Below the pieces are notes generated by a model. The model searched no databases. It was not told the DNA's origin and saw only the letters and a program-made list of their open reading frames with translations. Positions 32,151 to 42,492 of a stretch of DNA of 48,240 nucleotides are shown in pieces. This stretch comes from Paracoccaceae bacterium. Its GTDB lineage: Bacteria > Pseudomonadota > Alphaproteobacteria > Rhodobacterales > Rhodobacteraceae. The first letter of the stretch is position 1; each line of letters starts with the position of its first letter. The position numbers and the translations under genes were made by a program. The DNA lies in contig DAOUQK010000001.1 of NCBI GenBank assembly GCA_030625695.1, forward strand, positions 1 through 48,240. The letters are read 5' to 3'.

Positions 32151-33028
32151 TGGTAGAAACAACGCCAAATTCCGGGCAAAATTCTGTGCAAACCGCGCCA
32201 ATCGTTCTTGATCCGGTTGAAATGCGCAAAATCCGCATGGCTCGCAACGAACGCATTGGCCGCTGGGTGCTGCCGATCATCGTGGTGATCCTGTCGATCG
32301 CCGGCTGGGAGGCTTTTTGCGTTATCAACGAAGTCCCGCATTATATCATCCCCCGCCCTGGTCGGGTGCTGAATGCTCTGATCGAGGATTGGGCGCTGTT
32401 AATCTCGTCCCTCGGCTATACCTTATTGATCACATTTTCGGCTCTTAGCATCGCCATCATTGGCGGTGTTGGCTTGGCCGTTCTGTTTGCTCAGTCCAAA
32501 TGGGTGGAAATGTCGTTCTTCCCTTACGCCGTGATCCTGCAAGTCACGCCAATCATTGTCGTTGCCCCGCTGATCTTTATCTATGTAGATAGCAAATTCG
32601 TGGGCCTGTTGATCTGCGCCTGGATCGTGGCGTTCTTCCCGATCCTGTCCAATACCACCCTTGGCCTGAAATCAGCCGACCATAATCTGGTTGATATGAT
32701 GAAACTTTACGGCGCATCCCGCTGGCAAACCCTGCGGTTCCTGCGCCTGCCTTCCGCTTTGCCTTACTTCCTTGGCGGTCTGAAAATCGCTGGCGGCCTG
32801 TCGCTGATCGGCGCAATCGTCGCCGAATTCGTGGCTGGATCTGGCGGGGCAGAATCCGGCCTCGCCTTCCGTATTCTTGAGGCGAGTTACCGTTTGAACA
32901 TCCCCCGCATGTTCGCCGCCATCCTGCTGATATCGTTCACCGGCATCCTGATCTTCATGTTCATGACGTTCCTTAGCTGGCTGTTCCTGCACAAGTGGCA
33001 CGAAAGCGCCATCAAGCGTGAAAGCTGA
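32150..33028 (+). CDS. NitT/TauT-family ABC transporter permease
   Basis: ORF 32090..33028. The preferred start is ATG 32150, overlapping the ATPase stop (TGATG). It is a polytopic membrane protein with an EAA-like loop (LKSADHNLVDMMKLYGASRWQTL). Confidence 0.85.
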   Translation: MVETTPNSGQNSVQTAPIVLDPVEMRKIRMARNERIGRWVLPIIVVILSIAGWEAFCVINEVPHYIIPRPGRVLNALIEDWALLISSLGYTLLITFSALSIAIIGGVGLAVLFAQSKWVEMSFFPYAVILQVTPIIVVAPLIFIYVDSKFVGLLICAWIVAFFPILSNTTLGLKSADHNLVDMMKLYGASRWQTLRFLRLPSALPYFLGGLKIAGGLSLIGAIVAEFVAGSGGAESGLAFRILEASYRLNIPRMFAAILLISFTGILIFMFMTFLSWLFLHKWHESAIKRES

Positions 33029-33033
33029 ACGGG

Positions 33034-34896
33034 ATGATTGAACCGGGGGTCATGCGGCTGGTGGAGGGGTCGCCAAACCCAATCGGTAATATTGATCAGT
33101 TGTTCTTGCTACAGGGCGAGGGCATCACCACCCCCGTGGCCCGGATTGACGGCGCAGACCTGATCCCGGCGCGAGCGGGGCCGGGGCATCTGCGAATTTT
33201 CCACTTCAATGATCTACACAATCACCTGACCGATCTGTCCGGCCCCACCAAAGGCACAAGACGGTTTTCACAAATGGTCAAACGGGTGCGTGATGCGCGG
33301 GCTTTGGGCGACCCCATGTTGTTCCTCTCCATCGGTGACGATCACACCGGCACGATGCTCGACGAACTGGTCGGTTGGAGCGAGGATGCCTTTACCCTCG
33401 ATCCCAGTTATCGCGCCTATTCCGGCGGCGGCATTGACGCCACGGTTCTGGGCAATCACGAGTTTGATCGCGGCTCGGCTTTGCTGGCGCGCGGTATCCG
33501 TGCGGACGCGCAGTTCCCCGTGCTCAGCGCCAATGTGCATGGCTCGCAACACCTGAAGCCGGGGCAGGATTACATCCCGGGCGCAATCGCCATTGTTCAG
33601 GGCCTGCGCATCGGTCTGATCGGCCTGACCACCCATGTGGAAACCCGGGTCGGCCAGGTCAGTGACCCGACATTGGCCGTGGCCAGCCCGGTCAGGGTTC
33701 TGGAAAACATCCTGCCGGCACTGGCCCCGTTGGTCGATGTGGTGCTGATCATGTCCCATTGCGGATACGGCGACGGCGCTCACAAAAGCGGCAAGGCGGC
33801 AGCGATTCGTGACATCGGCGAGGCCGATTTTTCACTGGCGCAGGCGGCGGGCATGATCACTAAAACCCCCGTCCTGGTTCTCGGCGCGCATACCCATACG
33901 CGGTTGAATGAGGACGGGCTGGACGCCGCTAATATCCTGAACGGCGTGCCGATCTTTCAAACCGAATGCAACGGACAGTTTCTGGGCGAGATCGAGGTGC
34001 GCTTTGATTCCGGTGGTTGGGAAATCGAAAAGGCCTGCCTGCATAAGGTGAAGCCACTCAACCCGGCGGTTGGCGCATCGCACACCTACGCGGCGCATTA
34101 TGAACAGGACGGGGATGTTGATCTGACGTTTGACAAAGATGTAGTCGCGCCCATTCTTGCCAAAGTCGAAACCGCACTGAAGGTGAAAATTGCCGATGTC
34201 GATACCAACGCGCTTACCTTTCAAACCGCTGTTCTGGAACGATATTCAAATGAATCCGCGCTGATGAATTTCATTTGCGATGCCATCGTCGCCCGCCTGA
34301 AATCCCTTGGCCACGACGTCGATTTCGCCCTGATGAATGGCGCTACCATTCAATCAGGAATCGAACCGGGCGCGCTTAGCGCCGGGGATTGGTTCAATGT
34401 TATGCCCTACGCGGACGAGGTTTTCATCATGCAGGTGACGGCCAGGCAACTGATGGACATGCTGCAATCCAACGCCAAACGCCTGCTGCGCAAGGACGAG
34501 TTTTCCCAGACTGATCACACCGGATTTCTGGCGCGCGGGTTCCTGCACACATCGCGTGAAATCCGTTACAGGATCAATCCCGGCGTTACGGCTGCACAGG
34601 CCGACGTGCAGGACATCACTTTCAAAGGAGCGCCGCTCGCAGATCAAACCTTTAACGTGATAATGTCGACCTACCTGGCGCTGGGCGGGTTTGGCGAACG
34701 CTGGAACGGCTTGCCAATCTGCGGCGGTGTACCGGGCGACCTTGCCGGGTACGACCTGCGTGACATGCCATCGCATAACACATCACTGGTTTTCCGCGAC
34801 GAGGTCGGGGCGCAAATGCGCGAGCTTGGCACCTTGAATGACACCAACGCAAATGCCCGCGACGGGCGATTGAAAATTATCGGGCAAGGCACATGA
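33034..34896 (+). CDS. Bifunctional metallophosphatase / 5'-nucleotidase-family protein, no signal peptide
   Basis: 620 aa. Calcineurin-like phosphoesterase motifs are present: HFNDLHNHL, GDDHTG, GNHEFD, GAHTHT. A large C-terminal substrate-binding domain follows. Confidence 0.8.
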   Translation: MIEPGVMRLVEGSPNPIGNIDQLFLLQGEGITTPVARIDGADLIPARAGPGHLRIFHFNDLHNHLTDLSGPTKGTRRFSQMVKRVRDARALGDPMLFLSIGDDHTGTMLDELVGWSEDAFTLDPSYRAYSGGGIDATVLGNHEFDRGSALLARGIRADAQFPVLSANVHGSQHLKPGQDYIPGAIAIVQGLRIGLIGLTTHVETRVGQVSDPTLAVASPVRVLENILPALAPLVDVVLIMSHCGYGDGAHKSGKAAAIRDIGEADFSLAQAAGMITKTPVLVLGAHTHTRLNEDGLDAANILNGVPIFQTECNGQFLGEIEVRFDSGGWEIEKACLHKVKPLNPAVGASHTYAAHYEQDGDVDLTFDKDVVAPILAKVETALKVKIADVDTNALTFQTAVLERYSNESALMNFICDAIVARLKSLGHDVDFALMNGATIQSGIEPGALSAGDWFNVMPYADEVFIMQVTARQLMDMLQSNAKRLLRKDEFSQTDHTGFLARGFLHTSREIRYRINPGVTAAQADVQDITFKGAPLADQTFNVIMSTYLALGGFGERWNGLPICGGVPGDLAGYDLRDMPSHNTSLVFRDEVGAQMRELGTLNDTNANARDGRLKIIGQGT

Positions 34897-35696
34897 CAAC
34901 AGACATTTCACACCTTTTCTGGGCCAACCACACCAGTTTATCTTTGCGCGAAATGGCCAAACGCGATCCGGTTGCTGTTCTGCCCATTGGGGCCACCGAA
35001 CAACACGGGCCACACCTGCCCTTGTCGGTTGATACTGATATCAACCGGGGGATTGTTCAGGCCACGGCGCAAATCCTCGCGCAAGGCGAACTGCCGGTTC
35101 TGTTCCTGCCGACCATGCCGATCGGCAAAAGTACCGAGCATCTGGATTTCCCCGGTTCCCTTTCGTTTTCCACCCAAACGCTGATTTCCATGTGGATGGA
35201 GATTGGCGAATGCGTGGTCAATTCAGGCATCCGCCGTCTGGTGTTTTTCAACAGCCACGGCGGGCAACTGGCGCCAATGGACATCGTTGCACGGGATTTA
35301 CGGGTAAAGCACGACTTGTTGACGTTCTCTTGTAACTGGTTCGGGTTGGGCCTGCCCGAGGGGCTGATATCAGACCATGAAAGCACCTATGGCATTCACG
35401 CAGGCGAACTTGAAACTTCGATGATGTTGCATCTTCACGCAGACAAATGCCGGATGGACAAGGCGCAGGATTTTAAATCGAAGATCGAACATCTGAACAC
35501 CACAACCCGCCATCTCGGGCTTGGCCCGGGTGGCAAGATTGGCTGGAAAACCGGCGATCTGAACGGCGACGGTGCCTGCGGCAATGCCGCTGCGGGGACA
35601 CGCGAAACCGGGCAACAGGCGATTGTCCATGTCGCGGCTGAATTTGCGCAGATGCTGGGCGAAGTGCACGCCTTTGACATGGGCGCGAGGGGCTGA
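34893..35696 (+). CDS. Creatininase-family amidohydrolase
   Basis: 267 aa. VAVLPIGATEQHGPHLPLSVDTD and FNSHGGQ match creatininase-family motifs. An ATGA overlap joins it to the upstream gene. Confidence 0.8.
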   Translation: MTTDISHLFWANHTSLSLREMAKRDPVAVLPIGATEQHGPHLPLSVDTDINRGIVQATAQILAQGELPVLFLPTMPIGKSTEHLDFPGSLSFSTQTLISMWMEIGECVVNSGIRRLVFFNSHGGQLAPMDIVARDLRVKHDLLTFSCNWFGLGLPEGLISDHESTYGIHAGELETSMMLHLHADKCRMDKAQDFKSKIEHLNTTTRHLGLGPGGKIGWKTGDLNGDGACGNAAAGTRETGQQAIVHVAAEFAQMLGEVHAFDMGARG

Positions 35697-35697
35697 G

Positions 35698-36990
35698 ATG
35701 ACGCATTTCTGGCTTTCCCCACCGGAGAACCCCGACAGGTACGTGTTGGGAAACGTGCATATTCCCCGTGACTTATGCGCCTTGAAACCGGGCCCGGACG
35801 GTTGGTGCAACGCCGATGTGATCATCGAAAATGGTGCAATTGGCGCGGTGATGCCTACCGGTACTGCGCCGCCTGACCTGCCATTCACTGACGCAGGCCA
35901 ATCCATCCTGTTGTCCGGTTTGGTGGATTGTCACACGCATCTGGACAAGGCGCATGTGGCAGCGTTTGAAACTTTCACCCCCGGCGATCTGGCTTCGGCA
36001 ATCGAAGCGATGACCCGCCAGAAACAAACCTGGACGCGCCAGTCACTGGCCGCACGGGTTGAATTTTCGCTCAACTCGGCCTGGGCTTACGGCGTGCGCG
36101 CGATGCGCAGCCATGTTGATGGCTCCCCCGGCGCACTTGGGTTTGTCACGGAGGTGATGGTTGAGGCGAAACAACGCTGGCAGGGCCGGATTGATCTGCA
36201 ATTGTCGTCCTTGGCCAACATCAACTATTTTGAGGACGACCAATTTCGCGACGAGGTTTTCGCGCAAGCCCAAATTCAAGGCCGCTTTGGCGCGTTCCTG
36301 ATGGGCCAACCCGATTTACTGTTACGGTTGATTCCGTTGTTTGAAATGGCCGACGCTTATGGCCTTGACCTTGATTTCCACGTTGACGAAGGGCTTGATC
36401 CGGCTTTGAAAGGGTTGGAAGCCGTGGCGTATGCCGCCCTGCAAACCGGGTTCAAAGGCACTGTTTTGTGTGGTCATTGCGTTGCCTTGTCGAGCTATAA
36501 CCGCGAACGGCGCGAGCGGGTTATCGATCTTGCACTTGAGGCCGGGTTGCACTTTGTCGCCTTGCCCAGCAGCAACCTTTACCTGCAATCACGCACCCCC
36601 GACAACGTCCCCACCTTGCGCGGTATGGGCCCGGTTGCGCGGTTGGCCGCGCGCGGTGTACCGGTGTCGCTGGGCGCGGACAATGTCCGCGACGGGTTCT
36701 GTGCGTTTGGCGATTTTGACCCGATGGCGGTGCTGAACTTGGGCGCGCAAGTCGGGCATTTGCATGAACCGGCGCGTGATTGGGCCGGGTTGATTACGAC
36801 CAATCCGGCGCGCACTATGGGATTGAAATGGAACGGAAAAATTGAAACGGGCGCGCCCGCCGATCTGGTGTTGTTCGCGGCCCGTAACAGTGGTGAGATG
36901 AACCTGCGGGGCGTGCCGGAACGCATTGTTATCCGGCGTGGTGAATGGTTGAATGTCGCGCCACCGGCATTTTCGGAACTGATGGAATAG
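35698..36990 (+). CDS. Cytosine-deaminase-like metal-dependent amidohydrolase
   Basis: ORF 35572..36990. The preferred start is ATG 35698, 1 nt after the upstream stop. LVDCHTHLDK, LDFHVDE and GHCVALS fit the CodA-type amidohydrolase pattern. Confidence 0.75.
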   Translation: MTHFWLSPPENPDRYVLGNVHIPRDLCALKPGPDGWCNADVIIENGAIGAVMPTGTAPPDLPFTDAGQSILLSGLVDCHTHLDKAHVAAFETFTPGDLASAIEAMTRQKQTWTRQSLAARVEFSLNSAWAYGVRAMRSHVDGSPGALGFVTEVMVEAKQRWQGRIDLQLSSLANINYFEDDQFRDEVFAQAQIQGRFGAFLMGQPDLLLRLIPLFEMADAYGLDLDFHVDEGLDPALKGLEAVAYAALQTGFKGTVLCGHCVALSSYNRERRERVIDLALEAGLHFVALPSSNLYLQSRTPDNVPTLRGMGPVARLAARGVPVSLGADNVRDGFCAFGDFDPMAVLNLGAQVGHLHEPARDWAGLITTNPARTMGLKWNGKIETGAPADLVLFAARNSGEMNLRGVPERIVIRRGEWLNVAPPAFSELME

Positions 36991-37001
36991 GTGAAAATCA
37001 C

Positions 37002-38363
37002 ATGACTAAAGCAGAGATAAATTGGGACGGTTTCCTAAGCGATATCAAAGGGATTGAGGTTGAGGACAGCCCGCAAACCGTGCGGCTGAAATCACGGGAT
37101 TATTTCTGGTACTCACCCATTCTGAATGAACAATTACGCAAATGCTGGGCGCATCTGGTGGTCTGCCCTAAAACTGAAGCCGAAGTGATCCGCGTCGCTT
37201 CGGCCTGCGCCAAATGGCGCGTCCCGGTCACGCCGCGCGGCGGTGGGACTGGCAATTACGGGCAGGCGGTGCCGCTGGTGGGCGGTATTATCCTGGATAT
37301 GACCGGTTTGTACAAAATTCTGGAGGTGGGTGACGGTTTTGTACGGTGTGAAACCGGCCTGCTGATCTCGGATCTTGATCGCGCCGTACAGGACACGGGC
37401 CAGGAACTGCTGATGTGGCCGTCCACCCGTTCGCAGGCGACTATCGGCGGGTTCATCTCGGGCGGGTCGGCCGGTATCGGCTCGGTTCGGCACGGGGTGT
37501 TGCGCGATGATGGCAACGTGCGCATGTTGCGGATTGTGACGCTGGAAGAGACGCCGCGCATCATCACGCTGGAAGGGCCGGATATTCAGAAGGTGCACCA
37601 CGCTTATGGCACCAACGGCATCATCGTCGAGTTGGAACTGGCGTTGCGCCCTGCCGTCGATTGGCATCACGCCGTTGCGCTGTTTGATGACTATACAGAC
37701 GCGGTGCGCTTTGGTGAGGCGCTGTGCCGTGAAGACTATGACATCTATCTGATTTCGGTGGTGGACAAGCGGTTTTCGCCGTTTTACCGCAATTTGAACG
37801 ATGTGTTTCCCGAGACCAAACACGCGGTGTTTTCCTTGGTCGGGCCCAAGACGATTGACGCCTTCAAACAAGACGCTGTCGCGCACCGGGGTGCGGTTTC
37901 GCTGATGATGAGCGACGCAGAGCTTGAGGCAGCGGGGCTGCCGCCCGCGTATGAATGTGCGTTTAACCACACCACGTTGATGGCGCTGAAATCGGATCGC
38001 AACTGGACCAATTTGCAGGTGGCCTATCCCCAGCCTTACGATCCAAGGGTGGATGCAGTCATGCGGGAAGAATATGGCGATGACCTCTTGCGCCATCATG
38101 AATTTGCCCGTGAACGTGGGGAGTATCAGCTGTTTGCCATTCCGTTACTGAAATTCACCACCAAGGAACGGCTGTATGAGGTGGCAGACCGGTACGAGGA
38201 ACTGGGATGTACGGTGTTTGACGCCCATGTTTACACCATTGCCGAAGGTGGCATGAAAGTTGTGGACGAGGTACAGATGGCATTCAAGGCCGAGGCCGAC
38301 CCGCTTGGTTTGATGAACCCGGGTAAAACCAGTCAGGCCGAAGCCGAGGCGGTGTTGGGGTGA
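37002..38363 (+). CDS. FAD-linked oxidase (FAD_binding_4 / GlcD-like)
   Basis: ORF 36945..38363; the preferred start is ATG 37002. VTPRGGGTGNYGQAVPL and ATIGGFISGGSAGIGS are typical of PCMH-type FAD-binding domains. Confidence 0.8.
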   Translation: MTKAEINWDGFLSDIKGIEVEDSPQTVRLKSRDYFWYSPILNEQLRKCWAHLVVCPKTEAEVIRVASACAKWRVPVTPRGGGTGNYGQAVPLVGGIILDMTGLYKILEVGDGFVRCETGLLISDLDRAVQDTGQELLMWPSTRSQATIGGFISGGSAGIGSVRHGVLRDDGNVRMLRIVTLEETPRIITLEGPDIQKVHHAYGTNGIIVELELALRPAVDWHHAVALFDDYTDAVRFGEALCREDYDIYLISVVDKRFSPFYRNLNDVFPETKHAVFSLVGPKTIDAFKQDAVAHRGAVSLMMSDAELEAAGLPPAYECAFNHTTLMALKSDRNWTNLQVAYPQPYDPRVDAVMREEYGDDLLRHHEFARERGEYQLFAIPLLKFTTKERLYEVADRYEELGCTVFDAHVYTIAEGGMKVVDEVQMAFKAEADPLGLMNPGKTSQAEAEAVLG

Positions 38364-38376
38364 CGTGTGCGTAGTT

Positions 38377-38451
38377 CGTAGGATGGGTTTTCAACCCATC
38401 ATTTGACGGCGTTCGGGGCAACGATTGGTGGGTTAAAAAACCCACCCTACG
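38377..38451. repeat. REP-like palindromic intergenic element, copy 3
   Basis: CGTAGGATGGGTTTTCAACCCATCAT ... ATTGGTGGGTTAAAAAACCCACCCTACG. Confidence 0.85.
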
Positions 38452-38497
38452 GCTGTCTTGAGGGTGGTGACAATGTGCAAAGGGGAAGGAATAAATC

Positions 38498-39289
38498 ATG
38501 AATGATGCAGACACAACGGACCTGATCGCGCGGATTGTTGATGATATCGCCAACCACGCGGCGTTTGAACCTTACGCCGATCTGATCCCGGAAAACATTG
38601 ATGCCGCCTATTTCATTCAGGATCAGGTGGTTGAAATGTTAGAGGCGCGCGGCATCCGCGGCGCCCCTTGTGGCTATAAGCTGGCGCTTAATTCGCAGTC
38701 TCTGATGGCGCATTTTGGCAGGACAGAGCCCTGTTTCGGGCGAATGTTTTCGGACCAGAAATGGCAATCCCCGGCGTCACTGTCGGCAAAGGATTATCGC
38801 GGGTTGCTGATCGAGGCTGAAATCATGGCCGTTATGGCCGCAGACATGCCACGTCGCGACGGCGGCCATACAAGGGCCACCGCCGAAGCCGCGGTCGAGC
38901 GGTATTTCCCGGCGGTTGAGCTGGTGGACGCGCGTGATCTTGAGATACCAAAGGCGCGGCTGCCTTCCGTGGTGGCGCAGAACATCACCACCGAAGGGCT
39001 GGTTTATGGCGGGCCGGGTCTGATCCCGCAAGAACTGGATGTCGAGACCCTGCCGGTTAGCCTGTCGTTTGACGGGGCTGTGGTGGCCCAAACCAAAGGC
39101 ACCCCGCCGCAGCATCCCGGAGATGCGATTGCCTGGCTTGCCAATCAACTGATGGCGCGGGGCGGGATGCTGAAAGCCGGGGATATCGTTATCTGTGGCA
39201 CCCATGTTCCGCCGCCACCATTGGGGGACGCATCCCATGTTCTGTTGGATATGGGGCCCTTGGGGCTGGTTGAGTTTACAGTGAAATAA
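38498..39289 (+). CDS. 2-keto-4-pentenoate hydratase / FAH-fold hydratase-decarboxylase family protein
   Basis: 263 aa. [16 protein letters not shown]...CGYKLALNS and GDIVICGTH are typical of MhpD/HpcG-type hydratases. Confidence 0.7.
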   Translation: MNDADTTDLIARIVDDIANHAAFEPYADLIPENIDAAYFIQDQVVEMLEARGIRGAPCGYKLALNSQSLMAHFGRTEPCFGRMFSDQKWQSPASLSAKDYRGLLIEAEIMAVMAADMPRRDGGHTRATAEAAVERYFPAVELVDARDLEIPKARLPSVVAQNITTEGLVYGGPGLIPQELDVETLPVSLSFDGAVVAQTKGTPPQHPGDAIAWLANQLMARGGMLKAGDIVICGTHVPPPPLGDASHVLLDMGPLGLVEFTVK

Positions 39290-39318
39290 ACAATCTACTA
39301 GGTAGGGGGTCGCACGCC

Positions 39319-41049
39319 ATGTCAGAACACGCCAACAAACCCAACCGGCCTCCATTGCGGTCGCGGATCACCACTGATGGGCTGGACCGGACGCCGCATC
39401 GTGGGTTCATGCGGGGTATGGGTCTGGACGATGCGGCGATTGCACGTCCCTTTGTGGGTATTGTCACCACCGCCAATGAAACGTCGCCCTGCAATGCCAA
39501 TCTGGGGGAACAGGCGCGCCACGCCTATGCCGGGGTGCAAGAGGCCGGGGGCACGCCGCGGTCGTTCACCACCATTTCGGTGTCAGATGGTATTTCGATG
39601 AACCATCAGGGGATGAAGTGTTCGTTGATTTCGCGCGAGGTGATTGCCGATTCGATCGAGTTGGTGATGCGCGGCCATGCCTATGACGCTTTGATCGGCT
39701 ATGCCGGCTGTGACAAGAACCTGCCGGCCATCATGATGGCAATGGTGCGCCTGAACGTGCCGTCGGTGTTTTTGCACGGGGGCAGCACATTGGTGGGCAC
39801 TTGGCGCGGTAAACCGATGTCGCTGATCGATACTTATGAAGGCGTGGGCGCGGTGCAGGCTGGCGAGATGTCCGAGGAAGAACTGGACGGAATGGAGCGC
39901 GCCGCCATGCCGACAATTGGTGCCTGTCCGGGGCAGTTCACCGCCAATACCATGGCGATGGTGTCAGAAACCCTTGGGATTGCGTTACCCGGGTCGGCGA
40001 CGGCTCCGGCGGTTTTTGTCGAACGCGAGGCGCTGGGCCGGTTGGCCGGGCATACGGTCATGGACATTCTGCAAAACGGCGGACCATTGCCGCGCGATCT
40101 TATCACTCGCGAAAGTCTTGAAAACGCCTGTGCGATGGTGTCGGCGACGGGTGGGTCAACCAACGCCGCCCTGCATATCCCGGCGATTGCCCATGAGGCG
40201 GGGATCAAGTTCACTTTGGAAGATGTGGCCGAGGTATTTGCCCGCACGCCGCTGATTGGCAATATGCAGCCCGGTGGTAAATATTACGCCGAGGATGTGC
40301 ATCGTCTGGGTGGCATCAAGGTGATCTTGCGGACGTTGCTGGCGGGGGGGTATCTGCACGGTGATACGCTGACCATTACGGGGCTGACCCTTGCCGAGTC
40401 CGCCGCCGATGCGGGCGAGCCGGACGGTGATATCATTCACGATGCAACCGATCCGATATCGCCGGATGGCGGAGTTGTGGTTCTAAAGGGGAACCTCGCG
40501 CCTGATGGTGCGTTGATCAAAGTGGCGGGTTTGAAAAAGCTGGTTCACGAGGGGCCAGCGAGGGTGTTTGATAGCGAAGAGGCCTGCATGGCAGCCATTC
40601 GCGTGCAGGATTATGCCGAGGGCGACGTGATTATCATCCGCAACGAAGGCCCCAAAGGTGGGCCGGGCATGCGCGAGATGCTCGGGCCGACGGCGGTGAT
40701 TTATGGTCAGGGGATGGGCGAGAAGGTGGCTTTGGTGACGGACGGGCGGTTCTCTGGTGCAACGCGGGGCATGTGCATTGGCTATGTCTCGCCCGAGGCC
40801 GGGGCGGGCGGGCCTTTGGCACTTGTGCAGGATGGCGATCACGTTCGGGTGGATGCGGTTGCAAGGACCATGGATTTGTTGGTGGATGAGGGCGAAATGA
40901 CTCGTCGGCGCGCCGCCCTTAAGCCGCGAAAACGCAAGCAACCTCTGGCTGGAATATTGCAGAAATACGCCGATCAGGTGGGGTCTGCGCACTTGGGGGC
41001 GGTGACACATGCAGGCAATGTGACCTGGGAAATGGATGATGAGATATGA
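39319..41049 (+). CDS. IlvD/Edd-family dehydratase (dihydroxy-acid or sugar-acid dehydratase)
   Basis: 576 aa. [44 protein letters not shown] and [11 protein letters not shown] are family hallmarks, including the cluster cysteines. Confidence 0.9.
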   Translation: MSEHANKPNRPPLRSRITTDGLDRTPHRGFMRGMGLDDAAIARPFVGIVTTANETSPCNANLGEQARHAYAGVQEAGGTPRSFTTISVSDGISMNHQGMKCSLISREVIADSIELVMRGHAYDALIGYAGCDKNLPAIMMAMVRLNVPSVFLHGGSTLVGTWRGKPMSLIDTYEGVGAVQAGEMSEEELDGMERAAMPTIGACPGQFTANTMAMVSETLGIALPGSATAPAVFVEREALGRLAGHTVMDILQNGGPLPRDLITRESLENACAMVSATGGSTNAALHIPAIAHEAGIKFTLEDVAEVFARTPLIGNMQPGGKYYAEDVHRLGGIKVILRTLLAGGYLHGDTLTITGLTLAESAADAGEPDGDIIHDATDPISPDGGVVVLKGNLAPDGALIKVAGLKKLVHEGPARVFDSEEACMAAIRVQDYAEGDVIIIRNEGPKGGPGMREMLGPTAVIYGQGMGEKVALVTDGRFSGATRGMCIGYVSPEAGAGGPLALVQDGDHVRVDAVARTMDLLVDEGEMTRRRAALKPRKRKQPLAGILQKYADQVGSAHLGAVTHAGNVTWEMDDEI

Positions 41050-41921
41050 GTGATTTGCCAACAATCGGCTATATTGGCGTGGGACTGATGGGTGAGCCGA
41101 TGGTCAACCGCCTGCTGGACGCGGGATTTACCGTCAACGTCTGGAACCGCACCCGCGCCAAGCTGGACGGTGTGGTGGCGCGCGGGGCGGTGGTGGCGGA
41201 GACGCCGTATGAATTGGCCGAGCGGTCGGACTATGTGTTCATGTGCCTGATGGACGCCAAAGCGATTGAGGCGGTGATCTTTGGCGAGCATGGCGTGACT
41301 GCGTCGCGTCATCCTAAAACGTTGGTTGATTTTGGTACGATTCACCCGGATCAGGCCCGTGATTTTGCTATGCGGTTGCGGGCGGCAAACGGTATGGCCT
41401 GGATCGACGCGCCCATATCAGGCGGTGTGCCGGGGGCCGAGGCGGGGACTTTGGCGATCATGGCTGGTGGCGCGGCGGCAGATATTGACGCGCTGCGCCC
41501 GGTTATTGGTCATCTTGCTGCGCGGTTTACCCATATGGGGGCACAGGGGGCGGGGCTTTTGACCAAGCTGTGCAATCAGATCATCACCGGTTGCACCATG
41601 TCGATAGTCGCCGAAGCGGTGAATTTTGCCGAGAAATCCGGCGTTGATGCCCATGCTCTGACCGAGGCGCTAAAGGGCGGGTTCGCCGATTCCACCCCGC
41701 TTCAGTTGTTTGCGCCACGCATGGCTGCGCGGGAATTTGATAATCCGATGGGGGCGACCGATACGATGATCAAGGATCTTGTGTCGATTGTTGATGTGGC
41801 CGGGCAGACCGGGGCGATGACGCCGATGACGCAACAATCGTTGAAAATCCTGCGGGATGCTTCGGATCACGGCGGTGGCCAGAAAGATATCTCGGTGATA
41901 ATCGAAGTGTTCAACCGATAG
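41046..41921 (+). CDS. 3-hydroxyisobutyrate-dehydrogenase-family NAD(P) oxidoreductase (GarR/tartronate-semialdehyde-reductase-like)
   Basis: 291 aa. [18 protein letters not shown] is a Rossmann fold. [22 protein letters not shown] and [11 protein letters not shown] are also present. An ATGA overlap joins it to the dehydratase gene. Confidence 0.85.
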   Translation: MSDLPTIGYIGVGLMGEPMVNRLLDAGFTVNVWNRTRAKLDGVVARGAVVAETPYELAERSDYVFMCLMDAKAIEAVIFGEHGVTASRHPKTLVDFGTIHPDQARDFAMRLRAANGMAWIDAPISGGVPGAEAGTLAIMAGGAAADIDALRPVIGHLAARFTHMGAQGAGLLTKLCNQIITGCTMSIVAEAVNFAEKSGVDAHALTEALKGGFADSTPLQLFAPRMAAREFDNPMGATDTMIKDLVSIVDVAGQTGAMTPMTQQSLKILRDASDHGGGQKDISVIIEVFNR

Positions 41922-42002
41922 CTGCGGGCCGCTTTCGGACCCGACGATGTCTGATGTAAGCAATGTCTGTGAAAATCGTAGTTCGGGCTTTCGAGCAATG
42001 TG

Positions 42003-42250
42003 TTAACGCCGAAGCCACGACGCACAAGGCGCTGAACAGGCACATAGCGCCCGTGCCCCAAACCCGGATCGTGCCGTCTGATGACGGCTAAAAGGACGCC
42101 CGCCATCGGGTGAAAATGCCAGATCGTTAATCCCGGTGGTCTGGCCTTTGATTTTGATCTTGGTCGGTGGGTGCGCGCCCGTCAGCGACCAGATACGCAC
42201 GAGGTGCCGGTGAAGTCGAATTGTCAGGTCTGAATCCCCCCCTGATGACC
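42003..42250 (-). pseudogene. Possible decayed remnant of a WD40-repeat gene
   Basis: The minus-frame translation contains ...SGGDSDLTIRLH..VRIWSLTG...KGQTTGINDLAFSPDGGR..., which resembles WD40 repeat consensus (GH..V..LAFSPDG / D.TIRLWD..TG). There is no credible start; the ORF's apparent 5' end lies inside a REP element. Confidence 0.25.
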
Positions 42251-42293
42251 GGCCTAATACCAGAACGCCCGGACACTGTCTCATGCAGCCATC

Positions 42294-42367
42294 CGTAGGG
42301 TGGGGTTCCACCCCACCGCCCCGCCCGGCAAAGTCAAAGGGATGATGGGTTGAAAACCCATCCTACG
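42294..42367. repeat. REP-like palindromic intergenic element, copy 4
   Basis: CGTAGGGTGGGGTTCCACCCCACC ... GATGATGGGTTGAAAACCCATCCTACG. It sits between convergent operon ends. Confidence 0.8.
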
Positions 42368-42492
42368 CAACAATAACAGGTTGGTCTTTGGGCGGATTGG
42401 TATAATATGATGCGTCATCAGGGGGATCAAATGGGCGAGAACCGAAGGTCTGTTCGCACTTTGGGTGTGGCTTCAATTGGATTGGATGTGCC

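Noticed and set aside
37134-38099. A 321-aa minus-strand ORF inside the FAD-linked oxidase gene. Similar long antisense ORFs occur at 2080..2886, 42571..43458, 44517..45386, 40483..41064 and 35370..35906.
   Set aside because: All lie opposite genes with clear family motifs, and their products are Arg/His-rich and featureless. I treat them as GC-driven artefacts.
6193-42367. The repeated GTAGGGTGGG elements as a CRISPR array or tRNA-like genes.
   Set aside because: The copies are dispersed 4-25 kb apart and each is an internally palindromic single unit. There are no regularly spaced repeats and no cas genes, and I found no cloverleaf structure.
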